The position numbers and the translations under genes were made by a program. A DNA stretch of 64,000 nucleotides from positions 544,001 through 608,000 of the forward strand of contig CAXXDN010000002.1 of assembly GCA_963667465.2 (NCBI GenBank). Direction: 5' to 3'. Within the stretch, counting starts at the first letter, position 1, and each line of letters begins with the position of its first letter. This DNA comes from Dehalococcoidia bacterium (GTDB taxonomy: Bacteria; Chloroflexota; Dehalococcoidia; UBA2979). The notes under the pieces were generated by a model. That model had not been told where the DNA came from, searched no databases, and was given only the letters and a program-made list of their open reading frames with translations. Positions 9,771-19,599 of this stretch are shown piece after piece.

Positions 9771-11156
9771 CTACTGCTCCTCTCCCGCTTCGCCCGAGGC
9801 CTTCCGGATGCGCGCCGGCGCGCCGATCGCGGAGGCGCCCGGGGGCACGTCACGCGTGACCACCGAGCCGACTCCCGTGCGCGCGCCCGCGCCGATCCTG
9901 AGCGGCGCCACCAGCATCGAATCGCTGCCGATGAACGCGCCGTCTCCGATTACGGTGCGGTGCTTCCCGGCGCCATCGTAGTTCGCCGTGACTGTGCCCG
10001 CTCCGATGTTCACAGCCTCGCCCACGTCCGCGTCGCCGACGTAGGAGAAGTGCCCGACGCGGCTGCCCGCGCCGATCCGCGAGGCCTTCACCTCGGCGTA
10101 GTTGCCGAGCCGCGCGCCCGCCTCGATGGTCGAGCCGGGGCGGATGTGACAGTAGGGGCCGACGTGTACGTCGTCGGCGAGCGTGGCGCCCTCGAGGGTG
10201 GAGCCGCCGATGCTGCAGCGCTCGCCGATGCGCGTATCGCGCAGCACGGCGTTGGGCCCGATCCGGCAGTCACGACCCACCGCCGTCGCGCCCAGCAGGT
10301 GCACGCCGGGCAGCAGCGTCGTGTCCTCGCCGACCTCGACGCCGGCGTCGACCCATGTCGCGGAGGGGTCGATGATCGTCACGCCGCCGGCCAGCAGCGC
10401 CTCGCGCACGCGGGCGCGCAGCGCCGCCTCGGCGGCCGCGAGCTGCGAGCGGGTGTTGACCTGCTGCGCCTCGCTCGCGTCGCCCAGCGGGCAGGCGAGC
10501 ACGGTGCGCCCGGCGGCGATCGCCGCGCGCACCGCGTCGGGCAGGTAGACCTCGCCGCCGGGCGAGGGCGCCAGCGAGGCCAGCGCCGGCCACAGCCAGG
10601 CGGCCTCGGCGGTGTAGACGCCGACGTTGATCTCGCGGATCGCGCGCGTGGCCTCGTCGGCCTCGCGCTCCTCGACGATCGCCGCGACGGAACCGCCGGA
10701 GCGCACGATACGTCCATACCCTGAGGGGTCCTCGACCTCGACGGTGAGGAGGCTGAGCGTGGCCTGTGCGTCCAGGTGTGCGTTCGCGAGGGCGGCGAGG
10801 CTGCCCGAGGTGAGCAGCGGCAGGTCGCCGTGCGCGATCAGCACGCGGCTCGCTTCACCGACCGCCTCGGCGGCGGACAGGGCGGCGTCGGCGGTGCCGC
10901 GCGGCTCGCGCTGGACGGCGATGAGGGCGCCCGCCTCGCGGGCGGCTAGCGCGACCTCGTCGTCCGCGTCCGCGACGACGACCACGGTGCGGTCGCAGCC
11001 GGCGCCGGCGAGGGCGTCCAGCAGCAGGAGCAGCATCGGGCGGCCGGCGACCTCGTGCAGCGCCTTGGGGCGGCGCGAGCGCATGCGAACGCCGCGCCCG
11101 GCGGCGAGCACGACGGCGGTCCAGCCGCGCAGCGGCGCCGATCCGCCGGAACTCAT
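9771..11156 (-). CDS. glmU: Bifunctional UDP-GlcNAc pyrophosphorylase / glucosamine-1-P acetyltransferase
   Basis: VLAAGRGVRMRS..PK, GYGRIVR, EINVGVY, hexapeptide repeats, GHFSYVGDA, NYDG..KH. Start at ATG 11156 (11222 possible). Confidence 0.96.
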   Translation of the reverse strand: MSSGGSAPLRGWTAVVLAAGRGVRMRSRRPKALHEVAGRPMLLLLLDALAGAGCDRTVVVVADADDEVALAAREAGALIAVQREPRGTADAALSAAEAVGEASRVLIAHGDLPLLTSGSLAALANAHLDAQATLSLLTVEVEDPSGYGRIVRSGGSVAAIVEEREADEATRAIREINVGVYTAEAAWLWPALASLAPSPGGEVYLPDAVRAAIAAGRTVLACPLGDASEAQQVNTRSQLAAAEAALRARVREALLAGGVTIIDPSATWVDAGVEVGEDTTLLPGVHLLGATAVGRDCRIGPNAVLRDTRIGERCSIGGSTLEGATLADDVHVGPYCHIRPGSTIEAGARLGNYAEVKASRIGAGSRVGHFSYVGDADVGEAVNIGAGTVTANYDGAGKHRTVIGDGAFIGSDSMLVAPLRIGAGARTGVGSVVTRDVPPGASAIGAPARIRKASGEAGEEQ

Positions 11157-11384
11157 GCGGAGTGGGACGAGGGAGGTTTGTCGCTGTCGGCGCTGGTTTC
11201 GATCGTGGTGCTCCACGGTCACGCGCCTGCCCCGCCTTGTGCGGGAGCGGCTGCGAAAATTGACCCGTCACTCGCGCCCATTCTACACTCGCATGCGGCC
11301 CTGTCTCTACCGGAGCGGCCCGATCGCTGGCCCGGAGACTGCGCCGCAGGGGCGTGGCAGTGATCGATCGGCAGTGACCATAGC

Positions 11385-14066
11385 GTGATCGTCGAAGAGC
11401 TGCGCGCCGCGTTCCTCGCCTACTTCGAGGCGCGCGCCCACCGCCGCATTCCGTCCGCCTCGCTCGTCCCCTACGGCGACCCCTCGCTGCTCTTCACGTC
11501 GGCGGGGATGGTGCAGTTCAAGCCCTACTTCCTCGGCCTGGAAACGCCGCCCGCGAGGCGCCTGACGTCCGTCCAGAAGTGCTTCCGCGCCACCGACATC
11601 GAGTCCGTCGGCGACGACTCGCACCTCACCTTCTTCGAGATGCTCGGCAACTTCTCGCTGGGCGACTATTTCAAGGCCGAGGCGATCGAGGCGGCGCTCG
11701 GCTTCCTGATCGGCGTCCTGGAACTCGACGTCGATCGGCTCTGGGTGACCGTCTACACCGACGACGATGAGGCGTTCGAGCTGTGGCGCGGCCAGGGCGT
11801 GCCAGCCGAGCGGATCCTGCGCTACAGCGCCGAGCTGGGGAACTACTGGTACTCCGGGGACACCGGGCCGTGCGGCCCCTGCTCCGAGCTGCACTACTAC
11901 TTCGGCGACGACCCGGCCTCCGAGCCGCGCCTGCCGGACGGGCAGATCGACCTCGAATCGCCCAACTTCCTCGAGATCTGGAACCTGGTCTTCATGGCCT
12001 TCGAACGCGCGGCCGACGGCTCGCTGACGCCGCTGCCCTCGCAGAACATCGACACCGGGGCAGGGCTGGAGCGGCTCGCCTGGGTGCTGCAGAAGGTCGG
12101 CTCCGTCTACGAGACCGACCAGCTGCGCTCGGTCCTCGCGAGCGCCGAGGCCGCCGCCGGTATCGCCTACGACCCGGACGGCGCGCCCGGGCAGGCGCGC
12201 GCGCTGCGCGCCATCACCGAGCACGCCCGGGCCGCCGCGTTCCTGATCCACGACGGGGTGTTGCCGGGCAACGAGGGCCGCGGCTACGTGCTGCGCCGCG
12301 TGCTGCGTCGCGCGATCTACTTCGGCTACACGATCGGCCTGCGCGAACCGTTCATCGAGGGCGTGATCGAGGCCGCAATCGACGCCTCGAAGGCCGCGCA
12401 CACCGGCCTCGACGAGCAGCGCGCGTTCATCATCCGCGTCGCCGCCGACGAGGAGCGCCGCTTCCAGGCGGCGCTCTCGCGAGGCATCGAGCTGCTCGAG
12501 GGCGTGATCGAGCGCGAGGCCGCGGCGCAGCACATCCCCGGCCGCGACGTGTTCACGCTCTACGACACGCACGGCCTCCCACCCGAGCTGACGCGCGAGC
12601 TCGCCTCGGCCCGCGGCTACGCCGTCGATGAGGAAGGCTTCGAGGCGGAGATGGCCGCACAGCGCGAGCGCTCGCGCGGTGAAACGGGGTTCAGCGACTT
12701 CGGTGGTGACGAGGCAGAGCGCTTCGCCGCCCTCGGCCTCCACAGCGCCTTCCTCGGCTACGAGGCGCTCGAGGCGCAGTCGACCGTCGCGGCGCTGTTC
12801 GCGGACGGCGAGCGCGTCGAACGCCTCGAGGCAGGCGCCGCGGGCGACGTGGTGCTGGAGGCGACGGCGTTCTACGCCGAGGCTGGCGGGCAGGTTGGCG
12901 ATCACGGCGAGATCATCACCACGGGAGGGCGCTTCCGCGTCGACGACACGCAGCCCCTCGGCGGCGTGCACGTGCACCGTGGCGAGGTCGTCGAGGGCGC
13001 CCTCGCGGAGGGCGAGCCCGCCGAGGCGCGGGTCGATCCGGCCTGGCGCGCCGGGAGCCGCCGCAATCACACCGCCACGCACCTGCTGCACGCGGCGCTG
13101 CGCGAGGTGCTCGGGCAGCACGTACGGCAAGCCGGCTCGCTCGTCGCGCCGGACCACCTGCGCTTCGACTACACCCACCCCCAGGCGCCGTCCGCCAGCG
13201 AGCTCCGCGAGGCGCAGCGACTGGTCAACGCGAGGATCCGCGACGACATCGCGCAGGAGACGTTCATCCTCCCCTACGAGGAGGCGATCGACCGCGGCGC
13301 GATCGCGTTCTTCGAGGACCGCTACACGGCGGAGGTGCGCATGGTCGAGTACTGCGAGGCGCGCGCCGCCCCGGGCGGCGCGGCGCACACGCACACGCCC
13401 GCCTGCTTCAGCCGCGAGCTGTGCGGCGGCACGCATCTGCACTCCACCGGGGGCGTCGGCAACTTCGTGATCAGCGGCGACTCCTCGATCGGCGCGGGCC
13501 TGCGCCGCATCGAGGCGCTGACCGGCCCCGAGGCGGAGCGCTACATCGAGGAGCGCCTGGAGCTGGTGGACGACCTCTCGCAGCGCTTCAAGGCGCCGCC
13601 CGCCGAGATCGCCGGGCGTATCGACGCCCTCGAGGAGCAGCTTGCCGAGGAGCGCCGCCGCGCCCGCGCGCAGTCCGCGGACCGCGCCGCCGGGCTCGCC
13701 GAGGAGTTGGTAGACCAGGCGGAGCAACTGGGCGGCGTACGGCTCCTCGTCGCCGTCGTCGAGGCGGACTCGGCCGACGCGCTGCGCGGCATGGCCGACC
13801 GCATGCGCGCGCGCATGGACAGCGCCTTCGTGACGCTGGGCGCGGTGATCAACGAGCGCCCGCAGCTGCTCGCGCTCGCCACCGATGACGTCGTCGAGCG
13901 GGGACTCCGCGCCGACGACGTCGTGAAGGCCGCGGCTGCGGTCGTGGGCGGCGGCGGGGGCGGCAGGCCCGGACTCGCGCAGGCCGGCGGGCGTGACGCG
14001 AGCCGCCTCGCCGAGGCGCTCGAGGCCGCGCGTCTGTTGGCTCGCGAGCGCCTGGGCGAGGCGTAG
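11385..14066 (+). CDS. alaS: Alanine--tRNA ligase
   Basis: LFTSAGMVQFK, HLTFFEMLGNFS, EIWNLVFM, IDTGAGLER, NHTATHLLH, ELCGGTH and a C-Ala GGGGGRP..AQAG motif. Confidence 0.98.
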   Translation: MIVEELRAAFLAYFEARAHRRIPSASLVPYGDPSLLFTSAGMVQFKPYFLGLETPPARRLTSVQKCFRATDIESVGDDSHLTFFEMLGNFSLGDYFKAEAIEAALGFLIGVLELDVDRLWVTVYTDDDEAFELWRGQGVPAERILRYSAELGNYWYSGDTGPCGPCSELHYYFGDDPASEPRLPDGQIDLESPNFLEIWNLVFMAFERAADGSLTPLPSQNIDTGAGLERLAWVLQKVGSVYETDQLRSVLASAEAAAGIAYDPDGAPGQARALRAITEHARAAAFLIHDGVLPGNEGRGYVLRRVLRRAIYFGYTIGLREPFIEGVIEAAIDASKAAHTGLDEQRAFIIRVAADEERRFQAALSRGIELLEGVIEREAAAQHIPGRDVFTLYDTHGLPPELTRELASARGYAVDEEGFEAEMAAQRERSRGETGFSDFGGDEAERFAALGLHSAFLGYEALEAQSTVAALFADGERVERLEAGAAGDVVLEATAFYAEAGGQVGDHGEIITTGGRFRVDDTQPLGGVHVHRGEVVEGALAEGEPAEARVDPAWRAGSRRNHTATHLLHAALREVLGQHVRQAGSLVAPDHLRFDYTHPQAPSASELREAQRLVNARIRDDIAQETFILPYEEAIDRGAIAFFEDRYTAEVRMVEYCEARAAPGGAAHTHTPACFSRELCGGTHLHSTGGVGNFVISGDSSIGAGLRRIEALTGPEAERYIEERLELVDDLSQRFKAPPAEIAGRIDALEEQLAEERRRARAQSADRAAGLAEELVDQAEQLGGVRLLVAVVEADSADALRGMADRMRARMDSAFVTLGAVINERPQLLALATDDVVERGLRADDVVKAAAAVVGGGGGGRPGLAQAGGRDASRLAEALEAARLLARERLGEA

Positions 14067-14068
14067 CC

Positions 14069-15817
14069 GTGTCCGGGGAGCAGCCCCGCTCGATTATGGA
14101 TCAGGCCCGGACCGTCCTGTTGCGCGCCTGGGATGAACTGACTACAGCTCTCGAGGATCTTGCCGCTCGCGTCGGGGCACAGCGCCGCCGCGCGGCGGCC
14201 AAACGCCGCGCCGCCAGGGAGGAAGCCGCCGCGACCCGTGCGGCCGGGGAGCGAGACGCGCCGCGCCGCCTGCGCGGTCCGCGCCTGCCCGGTGCGGCCA
14301 CCGTCGTCGCCGCGCGCGAGGACGACGCCCGCGCGATCATCGGCCGCATCGCTGCGGCGAGCGAGGTGGAGCTGCTGCTCGTCGTGCCGCGCCGCAGCCA
14401 TGCGCTGCGCAACGCGGTGGAGTGGCTGCGCATCGCCGCCTACGTGCAGCAGCGCGGGATCCAGGTGCGGGTGCTCGCGAGCCGCGGGGATGTCCGCCAG
14501 CATGCCGCGGACGCCGGCCTGCCCGCCGCGCGCACCGTTCGGGCCTTGCGCCCCCGGCGTGCGCTGCGCATCCCCTTCGGCAGCCGAGACTTCTTGCTCC
14601 GCGCCCCGTCGCTTGGCCCGTTCGTGCGAGCGGCGCTGCTGGCGGGCGTGGTCTTCCTGATCGGCCTCGCGGCCTGCACCTACATCCCGTCCGCCTCGAT
14701 CCTGGTCTCGCCGCCGGTGGAGACGCTGTCGGTGACGACCCGCGTGCGCCTGAGCCCGCTCGGTGAGACCGACCTCGGGCTCGGCGTGATCGCCGTCGAT
14801 TCCGTGCAGGCGGAAGTGACCTTCGTGGTCTCCGCCGCCTCAACCGGGCTCGCGACCGTGGGCGACAAGCACGCGCGCGCCGGACTCACCTTCACGAACA
14901 ACGGCGACGCCGACCTCGTGCTGCCGATTGGCACGCCGGTCGAGTCCGCGAGCGGAGTGACATTCACCACCGACCGATCGGTCTCGATCGCACCGGGCTC
15001 CAGCTCCGTTGTCGGTGCGACCGCGATCGAGCCGGGGACCGCCGGCAACGCTCCCGCGGACAGCCTGACGCAGCTGACCGGGTTCCCGCCGACCCTCACG
15101 GTCACGAACATTGCCGCCGGGGGTGGTACGGACATCGAGGTCTCCGTCGTCAGCCCGGACGACGTGATCACGGTCGCCAACCTCGCCGACGCCGCGCTGC
15201 GCCGCGCGGGCGAGCGCGAGTTGCAGCGCTCCGTCACGGACGGGACGGTCTTCCCGGAGACGATCTCCGCGGTGATCCTCGGCCAGACCCCGCTGGACGA
15301 GGTCGGGGCCCCAACCGATGTCTTCTCGATGGAGTACAGCGCCGTCGCGAACGCGTTCGTGCTGACTGACGAGGCTGCCCAGCGCGTCGCGCAGCAGCTG
15401 CTGCAGAGCAGACTGCCCGACGGCATGGCGCTGCTGCCCGATACCGCCGAGGCGACGATCGATGAGGTCCACTCTTTCGATGGCAGCCGCCTCACGATCG
15501 ACCTGACCGCGACCGGCTGGGGCAGCCCGCTGTTCGACCCGGCCTCGCTGCGCGGCCAGCTCACGAACGTCTCGCCCGCCGTCGCCGCGCAGCGGCTGCG
15601 CGAGGAGCTGGAGCTCTCACGCGATCCGCACATCACCGTGCATCCGGGGTGGATCCCGGGCCTGCGCATGCCTCGCCGCTCGGATCGCATCTCGATCACG
15701 CTTGTCAGCCCGGAGGCGCTTGCCGCTGCTATCGCAGGTGACCCGCTGGAGGACGAGGAGGACGGGCCCGAGGACGCCGAAGATGCGGAGAGCGCGGGCG
15801 CCGATGAGGGCTCCTGA
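14069..15817 (+). CDS. Single-pass membrane protein with extracytoplasmic baseplate J-like beta domain
   Basis: Arg-rich N-part, one TM helix (AALLAGVVFLIGLAA), then LPIGTPV..SGVTFTT, A.EPGTAGN, VTN..AGGGTD motifs resembling baseplate J/gp47-like domains. Lies between alaS and ruvX. Confidence 0.65.
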   Translation: MSGEQPRSIMDQARTVLLRAWDELTTALEDLAARVGAQRRRAAAKRRAAREEAAATRAAGERDAPRRLRGPRLPGAATVVAAREDDARAIIGRIAAASEVELLLVVPRRSHALRNAVEWLRIAAYVQQRGIQVRVLASRGDVRQHAADAGLPAARTVRALRPRRALRIPFGSRDFLLRAPSLGPFVRAALLAGVVFLIGLAACTYIPSASILVSPPVETLSVTTRVRLSPLGETDLGLGVIAVDSVQAEVTFVVSAASTGLATVGDKHARAGLTFTNNGDADLVLPIGTPVESASGVTFTTDRSVSIAPGSSSVVGATAIEPGTAGNAPADSLTQLTGFPPTLTVTNIAAGGGTDIEVSVVSPDDVITVANLADAALRRAGERELQRSVTDGTVFPETISAVILGQTPLDEVGAPTDVFSMEYSAVANAFVLTDEAAQRVAQQLLQSRLPDGMALLPDTAEATIDEVHSFDGSRLTIDLTATGWGSPLFDPASLRGQLTNVSPAVAAQRLREELELSRDPHITVHPGWIPGLRMPRRSDRISITLVSPEALAAAIAGDPLEDEEDGPEDAEDAESAGADEGS

Positions 15818-15830
15818 TGAGGCGCGCCCC

Positions 15831-16250
15831 ATGAGGTGGCTGGGCATCGACCCGGGGGAGGTGCGCATCGGCATCGCCGCGTGCGACCCTGACGAGCGCA
15901 TCGCCGTGCCGCTCGAGGTCGTCCCCGCCGCGGCTGCCTTTCCGGCGATCCGCAGCATCGCGCAGCGCGAGGAGATCGGCGGCATCGTCGTCGGGCTGCC
16001 GCGCCTGCTCGGCGGCGAGGAAGGCGCGGCCGCCGCCGCCGCACGCGTCCTCGGGGAGCGGCTGCGGAGCCGCCTCGACCTTCCGGTCGAGTACGAGGAC
16101 GAGCGCCTGACCTCGGTCGCCGCCGAGCGGTCGGCGCCCCGCAACCGGGCGAGCGACGATCTCGCCGCCGCGCTGCTGTTGCAGCAGTTCATCGATCGAC
16201 GGCGGCGCCTGCGCAAGAGCGCGCGGATGGACGACGCCGGTGATCCGTAA
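15831..16250 (+). CDS. ruvX: Holliday junction resolvase-like / pre-16S rRNA nuclease YqgF
   Basis: MRWLGIDPGEVRIGIA, VVGLP, DERLTS, DDLAAALLLQ. ATG at 15831. Confidence 0.93.
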   Translation: MRWLGIDPGEVRIGIAACDPDERIAVPLEVVPAAAAFPAIRSIAQREEIGGIVVGLPRLLGGEEGAAAAAARVLGERLRSRLDLPVEYEDERLTSVAAERSAPRNRASDDLAAALLLQQFIDRRRRLRKSARMDDAGDP

Positions 16251-17340
16251 ATTCGACCCGATCCTGATCGTGAGCGTGTTGTTGCTGGTCTGGGTCGCCC
16301 TCGTGGTCTCCGTGCTGGTCGCCACGTTGACCGACACGCAGTCGCGGACGGTCGGCGCCATGGCCGCGAGTGTCCCGCCGCCACGGGACTCCGCGGGCGC
16401 CCGGACCGCCGAGGCCGAGCCGATCACCGTGACCGTGGAGCCCGGCGACGGCGTGGACGCGATCGCCGCCCGCCTCATCCGGAGCGGCGTCCTCCAGGGC
16501 GAGGAACGCTTCCGTGTGCTGGTGCAACTGATCGGCGTCGGCGCCGAACTCCGCGCCGACAGCTACAGCTTCGCGCCGAACACCCCGGCAGCCGAGATCA
16601 TCCGCCAGCTGCGCGAGGGCGTCCCGCGAGAGCGCTTCTTCGTGGTGCACGAGGGAATGCGCGTCGAGGAAATCGGCCAGGCGGTCGTCGCCCTCGATCT
16701 GGCGACGCAGGAGGAGTGGGATCTCGCGGTCACCATGCGGCGCACGGAGCCGATCCTCCGTGACCGTCCATTCGACGCCACGCTCAACGGCTACCTCTTC
16801 CCCGCGACCTATCCGATCGACAAGGAGACCACGGCAGAGAGCCTCGTCGCGGCGATGATCGAGGCGCTCGACGAGGCGCTCGACCGGGTGCTGCGTGGCC
16901 GCATCGCGCTCTCGGACTTCACGCTGCACGAGGTGCTGACGCTCGCCTCGATCGTCGAGCGCGAGACGCTGCTGCGGGCGGAGATGCCGCTGGTCGCCTC
17001 CGTCTTCCTCAACCGTATCGAGGTAGGCGTGAAGCTCGACGCCGACCCGACCGTGCAGTACGCGATCACCACCCAGAGCAGCGGGGAGCCGGGCGACGGC
17101 TGGTGGAAGGTCGCCCTGACCCTCGACGATCTTGCCTTCCAGTCGCCGTACAACACCTACCTCGTGGCGGGCCTGCCGCCCGGGCCGATTGCCAGCCCCG
17201 GCCTGGCCGCCATCGAGGCGGTGCTGAGCCCGGCGGACACGGACTACTTCTACTTCGTGGCGCGTGGCGACGGCTCCCACGCCTTTGCCGAGACGCTCGC
17301 CGAGCACAACGAGAACGTCGCCGAGTACCTCGGCCAGTGA
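16240..17340 (+). CDS. mltG: Endolytic transglycosylase MltG (YceG)
   Basis: N-terminal TM, GYLFPATY, LASIVERE, ADPTVQY, SPYNTY..GLPPGPIASPG, YFVA. Confidence 0.95.
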   Translation: MIRKFDPILIVSVLLLVWVALVVSVLVATLTDTQSRTVGAMAASVPPPRDSAGARTAEAEPITVTVEPGDGVDAIAARLIRSGVLQGEERFRVLVQLIGVGAELRADSYSFAPNTPAAEIIRQLREGVPRERFFVVHEGMRVEEIGQAVVALDLATQEEWDLAVTMRRTEPILRDRPFDATLNGYLFPATYPIDKETTAESLVAAMIEALDEALDRVLRGRIALSDFTLHEVLTLASIVERETLLRAEMPLVASVFLNRIEVGVKLDADPTVQYAITTQSSGEPGDGWWKVALTLDDLAFQSPYNTYLVAGLPPGPIASPGLAAIEAVLSPADTDYFYFVARGDGSHAFAETLAEHNENVAEYLGQ

Positions 17341-17379
17341 CGCCGCCGCCGATGCGCGGCGAGGACGTATGATCGAGGC

Positions 17380-18696
17380 ATGAGCGCGCCCGAGCACCGC
17401 CACGTCCTGCCCGCTGACATGATCTCCGTCGAGGAGGCGCGCGCGAGGATCCTCGCGCACTTCGCGCCCCTCGAGGCGGTTTCCGCGCCGCTGCTCGAGA
17501 CGCTCGGCCAGGTGCTGGCGGAGGACGTGCGTGGCGGCTTCGACATCCCGCCGCTCGCCAACACCTCGATGGATGGCTACGCCGTCCGCGCCGCGGACAC
17601 CACGGGCGCCGCGCCCGCCAGCCCGCGTCGGCTGCGCGTCAGCGGCTACCTCGCGGCGGGCTCCGTCTACGACGGCTCGGTCGGCCCCGGCGAGGCCGTG
17701 CGCATCATGACCGGCGCGCCGCTCCCCGACGGCGCCGACGCGATCGTCCCCTTCGAGGAGACCGACGAGGAGGAGCAGCACACCCGCTGGGAGGATGCCC
17801 CCCGCGGCGACGTCCGGATCGACGTCGCCGCGGCGCCCGGCGCGAACGTGCGCCCGGCCGGCGAGGACGTGCGCGCCGGCGAGCTGGTACTGGCGGCGGG
17901 GACGATCCTCGGACCAGCGCAGATCGGCGTGCTCGCCTCGCTCGGCCTCGATCAGGTCACGGTGATCCGCCGTCCGCGCGTCGCCGTGCTCTCGACGGGC
18001 GACGAGCTGCTGCGGCCGGGGGAGCCGCTGCGGCCGGGCGCGATCTACGACGCCAACGGCTTCTCGCTCGCCTCGATGGTGCGCGAGCTGGGCGCGGAGC
18101 CGCTCGTGCTGGACATTGCCGGCGACACTGTCGAGGCGCTGACGGCGCGCGTCCGCGAGGGCGTCGCGGACGCCGACCTGCTGGTGACCTCGGCCGGCGT
18201 CTCGCGCGGTGACTTCGACGTGGTCAAGCAGGTGCTCGCCCGCGAGGGCGAGGTCGGCTTCTGGACGGTGCGGATGCGGCCCGGCAAGCCGCTCGCCTTC
18301 GGAACCTTCAGCGCGGGCGAGGGCGAGCGCGAGCGCGTGGTGCCGCACCTCGGGCTGCCGGGCAACCCGGTCTCCGCGATGATGACCTTCGAGCTGTTCG
18401 GGCGGGCGGCCGTGTTCACGATGCTCGGTAAGCCGCAGGCCTGGGAGCGCCCTCGGGTGCGCGCGATCGCCGCGGAGCGCATCGCGCGGCCGGACGAGCG
18501 CCGCTTCTACGCCCGCGCCATCGTCGAGCGGCGCGACGGTCGCTACCACGCACGGCTGACGGGCCCGCAGGGCTCCGGCGTGCTCACCTCGTTCGCCCTC
18601 GCCAACGGCATCGCCGTCGTGCTTGAGGATGCACCGCCGGTGGAGCCGGGCGACGAGGTCGAGGTGCTGCTGATCGAGCGCGTCCCGGAGCGATGA
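17380..18696 (+). CDS. moeA: Molybdopterin molybdotransferase
   Basis: SMDGYAVR, IMTGAPLP.GADA, STGDEL, GVSRGDFD, RPGKP, LPGNPVSA, QGSG. Confidence 0.96.
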   Translation: MSAPEHRHVLPADMISVEEARARILAHFAPLEAVSAPLLETLGQVLAEDVRGGFDIPPLANTSMDGYAVRAADTTGAAPASPRRLRVSGYLAAGSVYDGSVGPGEAVRIMTGAPLPDGADAIVPFEETDEEEQHTRWEDAPRGDVRIDVAAAPGANVRPAGEDVRAGELVLAAGTILGPAQIGVLASLGLDQVTVIRRPRVAVLSTGDELLRPGEPLRPGAIYDANGFSLASMVRELGAEPLVLDIAGDTVEALTARVREGVADADLLVTSAGVSRGDFDVVKQVLAREGEVGFWTVRMRPGKPLAFGTFSAGEGERERVVPHLGLPGNPVSAMMTFELFGRAAVFTMLGKPQAWERPRVRAIAAERIARPDERRFYARAIVERRDGRYHARLTGPQGSGVLTSFALANGIAVVLEDAPPVEPGDEVEVLLIERVPER

Positions 18697-19238
18697 CGAC
18701 CGATCCTTCGCCATCGGGTAACGCCGGGCCCCCCGTGCTGCGCGTCGTGGGGCCGCAGATTCCGGCGCGCAACCTGCTCGTGATCGCCCTCGTCGAGGCG
18801 CTGCGCGCGCGCGGGCTGCGCACCGCCACCGCCGAGCTGCTCGCCGATGGCCGCGCCACGGTGACACTGCCCAGCGGCGGCCGCGTCACGCCCGCGCCTG
18901 GCGGAGTACCGCTCGACAGCGCCGCGACGCTCGCCGCCTTCATCGCCTCGCTCGACCCGCGCGCCGACCTCGTGATCGCCGAGGACTCCGAGGAGCCCGG
19001 CGTGGCGGCGGTCGCGTTGACGGCCTCGGGCGGCGAGGCTTCCGGAGGGGCCGTCGCGCCGGGCGATTTGCTCGCCTCGGTCGAGGCGGAACGCCTCGAG
19101 GGCGACTTCACGGCGCGCGGCGCCGAGGCGGTCGCGGAGCTGGCGGCGCTCGTCGAGGCGCGGCTGCTGCGCGGCGAGGCTGCGCCGGAGGGAGGCGGGC
19201 TGCTCGCCAGGCTGCGAGGGCGGCTGCGGGGCGGCTAG
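18693..19238 (+). CDS. Divergent MobB-like protein
   Basis: Overlaps the moeA stop. The N-terminus VLRVVG...LVEALRARGLRTAT and DLVIAE resemble MobB, but there is no GKT. Confidence 0.45.
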   Translation: MTTDPSPSGNAGPPVLRVVGPQIPARNLLVIALVEALRARGLRTATAELLADGRATVTLPSGGRVTPAPGGVPLDSAATLAAFIASLDPRADLVIAEDSEEPGVAAVALTASGGEASGGAVAPGDLLASVEAERLEGDFTARGAEAVAELAALVEARLLRGEAAPEGGGLLARLRGRLRGG

Positions 19239-19259
19239 CTAGATACGAGGACGGCGGCG

Positions 19260-19589
19260 CTAGATCACAGCCTCGAAGCCGCTGAACTCGCCGGTGGCTT
19301 CCTCCCAGCGGTACTCCACGTCGTGCACCACGGCCATGCGCGGGCCCTCGCGCAGGCGCTCGATGAAGCGGCGCAGCGTCGGCTCGTCCGCCTCGGCCTG
19401 GACTTCGACGCTGCGGCCGTCGGGCAGGTTGCGGGCGTAGCCGTCGACGTGCAGCCGCCCCGCCTCGTCGGCGCAGAAGGCGCGGTAGCCGACGCCCTGG
19501 ACGCGCCCGATGGCCTTCGCTACGAGGCGGCGAGGACTGCGCGGGTCGGCGCGGCTGCCGCCCTCGTTCGCACCGTTGCCCAGCGCCAC
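19260..19589 (-). CDS. acyP: Acylphosphatase
   Basis: GRVQGVGYR, GYARNLPDG.SVEV, L.EGP. Confidence 0.93.
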   Translation of the reverse strand: MALGNGANEGGSRADPRSPRRLVAKAIGRVQGVGYRAFCADEAGRLHVDGYARNLPDGRSVEVQAEADEPTLRRFIERLREGPRMAVVHDVEYRWEEATGEFSGFEAVI

Positions 19590-19599
19590 GCGGTCTGGC

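Noticed and set aside
14069-15817. Prophage or contractile injection system
   Set aside because: Only one baseplate-like gene; no sheath, tube, capsid or terminase genes.
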